Origin: Batkoa obscura
Lineage: Eukaryota
Length of the DNA stretch: 64,000 bases
Direction of reading: 5' to 3'
Assembly (NCBI GenBank): GCA_030770535.1
Contig: JASVEC010000027.1
Location: 186,001-250,000, forward strand
Both the position numbers and the translations under genes were made by a program. The notes under the pieces were generated by a model. That model made no database searches, had not been told where the DNA came from, and saw nothing but the letters and a program-made list of their open reading frames with translations. Below are positions 61,937 to 64,000 of this stretch, in pieces. Position 1 is the first letter of the stretch. Every line of letters begins with the position of its first letter.

Positions 61937-62762
61937 TTATCTTACTTAATTTCATAGTAAAAGAAAATATATAAATTATTAAATACTCAAATCTTAGACT
62001 TTTGATCAAAAAATAAAGTTTAATATAAAAAGAGAAACCCTTTATAATTAGCACTAGATCAAACACTAATAAAAGCATTATTTATTATTTAACTCTAAAC
62101 AATATCTAATTTATTTTATCAATTGACCAAAAAAAATATACTCAATTCTCTATAATACCTGTTATTTATATTTCTTAATAAATATAGATTGATCTAAACA
62201 ATTTTTTCGAACTTTATGGGATTTTGCACCTCAACAAATAACAATGATTTATTTTGTTTCAAAATCGTAAGATAGGATAGAATAACCAAGTTTTCACAAA
62301 ATTGAAATTAATCTATAATGCAAACCGAGAATCAATTAATTTATTATCATAATACAGTAATAAAAACTCATTGATCTAGATTTATTACTATTTATTATTT
62401 AAATATACTATATTAATTCTGCTACTATTTAACATTTGGTTAATTTATACTTATTGTGACTTGAAACCCCTTTTTACAGCACAAGTTAAAGTAATAATTC
62501 TTTTATCACTTTACGATTATCTTTATTCACTTTTAGCTTGTGTTAAGGGATCTCTTTATCCCTTTAAAATAGCAGTAAAATAAAAACTAAAGACACAATA
62601 TTATTTATTTAAAATAACTTAACTATTATAATAATTAAAGGGAATGCTAATACAATAGGTAAAATAAAAACAAAAGCAAAAAAGTTCATAAAAAAATGTG
62701 GTATGGAACGCTACTTATAAATGAATACAACAAGTTGTATATTATATTATAATTCTACATTT

Positions 62763-63893
62763 TCATTTTTTAGCAGTAAGCTCCTTTTCCGTCCTTTCTT
62801 TGGAATCAATGGGAGTAATAAAATGCTTAGGGGATGGTGATCTTCTAGTAGGTTGTCTTCTTTTTACTACGCCATCTGGACCAGCGTGATAAATAGTTGA
62901 CAGTAACTCATGCATTTCGTAGTAAAACTCGAAATTGCTAGCTCCTGAATTCAGTTGTTGAATCTGTTGATGATAATAGTGATAGTTATTATCAAAAGAT
63001 TGTCCAGAGTGAGGTGCTCCTCCTTTTGGGATATATTGAGAACCATCCGACGATTTAACTTTAGGGTTACTAGCTATCTTTTCAGTATACTTCTTATATT
63101 TTGCTACCAATACCTTCCATCTATTCTTACATTTTTCTACTGATCTTTCATACCCATATCCTCTAAGTTGGGTAGCGATCGTTGCCCATACACCTGGATG
63201 ACGACGTAAGTTAGTGAGCTCCCTTTTATGCATCAATAAAATTTGCACAAATTGTTTTGTTTCAGCATAATGCCAATTCTCAGCTCTACCTCGAATATCC
63301 TCTTCATCGTGAGAAGCCGGTAAAGTGGTTGGGGTAGGGTGAGATGGGGTTTGAGGTACACTAGAGCTATTGAGCGGGGTAGTAATACCTTCTCTTGAAA
63401 GGTGGCTTGGATATGATGGCATAGCATGATGGTTAGTAGAATAGTTATGATAATAAGGATGATTCGGGGTACTCATCATCATATTATTATACATTGGGAG
63501 TGATTCTCTTGAGATGGGGGGGATTTGAAAGCCATGAGTTGTTGGGGTACTTGGCTCGGTGTGATGTCCAGGATGGTTGAGATGAACGCTATTTGGCATG
63601 ATTGGTACAAAACTCATATTATTTTGATTGGCATGAGGTTGAGTGTTATAATGATAATGGCGCATTTGAGGGTGATTTTGAGGATGCCCTGCTGATTGAG
63701 GATAATGCTCATGGGTATCCTGATGCATGCGTGGCTCTATTTTTATAGGTTGAAGATGTTGTGGGTGATGGTTTTGATATTGTGAGTAGTAATGATGATT
63801 GGTGTTACTTACATTATTAGAGGTAGTTTGATGGGATGCTTTGCTAGGTTGATAACCATTGGATGAGGAAGGATAAGGGTTATAGTCCACCAT
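62763..63893 (-). CDS. Myb/SANT-like (trihelix GT-1-like) DNA-binding protein, paralog of 25330-26265
   Basis: DIRGRAENWHYAETKQFVQILL...PGVWATI...GYERSVEKCKNRWKVLVAKYKK...FEFY; H/P/Q-rich N-terminus. Confidence 0.88.
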   Translation of the reverse strand: MVDYNPYPSSSNGYQPSKASHQTTSNNVSNTNHHYYSQYQNHHPQHLQPIKIEPRMHQDTHEHYPQSAGHPQNHPQMRHYHYNTQPHANQNNMSFVPIMPNSVHLNHPGHHTEPSTPTTHGFQIPPISRESLPMYNNMMMSTPNHPYYHNYSTNHHAMPSYPSHLSREGITTPLNSSSVPQTPSHPTPTTLPASHDEEDIRGRAENWHYAETKQFVQILLMHKRELTNLRRHPGVWATIATQLRGYGYERSVEKCKNRWKVLVAKYKKYTEKIASNPKVKSSDGSQYIPKGGAPHSGQSFDNNYHYYHQQIQQLNSGASNFEFYYEMHELLSTIYHAGPDGVVKRRQPTRRSPSPKHFITPIDSKERTEKELTAKK

Positions 63894-64000
63894 AATAATT
63901 AATTAGCTTAAGGAATTCTATTAATATTATATACTTTTGTTTTTTGAAAGAATATTAAACTAATAAAAAATATTTAAAAGTGAGAAGTTTGGAATAACTT

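Noticed and set aside
61842..62078. 78-aa ORF
   Set aside because: Overlaps tRNA-Ser(TGA); non-ATG start and no coding signal.

Overview
Very AT-rich eukaryotic nuclear DNA with short GT-AG spliceosomal introns and the standard code. The gene content fits an aerobic fungus, probably an early-diverging (Zoopagomycota/Entomophthoromycotina-like) lineage; that placement is inference only. About 21 protein genes can be reconstructed. Several (CKS1, SOM1-like, CLPP, a two-RRM protein, an intron-containing 4-TM protein) are missing or fragmented in the ORF track because of introns and micro-exons. Other genes: holocytochrome-c synthase, three GT32/Och1-like glycosyltransferase copies (one intact, one with a single in-frame TAG, one decayed), two Myb/SANT (trihelix-like) regulators, a PTR2 peptide transporter, a Cys-rich GPI-like protein, an OCA1-like phosphatase, NAR1, PCK1, DIC1 and a NoxB-type NADPH oxidase. 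There are six tRNA genes, five of them Ser. Mobile DNA comprises 13 copies of a ~99-bp MITE (GGGG...CCCC ends, 4-bp A/T TSD) and three solo-LTR-like elements with 4-bp TSDs, one nested inside a MITE. Most notable observations: (1) a hidden 8-nt coding exon gives PEP carboxykinase a mitochondrial-presequence-like N-terminus, with a TATA box inside that intron, next to a dicarboxylate carrier gene; (2) MITE/LTR nesting and MITE-bounded rearrangements; (3) intronless, probably retroposed paralogs of a micro-exon-containing gene; (4) a single Trp-position TAG in an otherwise intact GT32 gene; (5) a Cks1 with altered hinge and phosphate-pocket residues.
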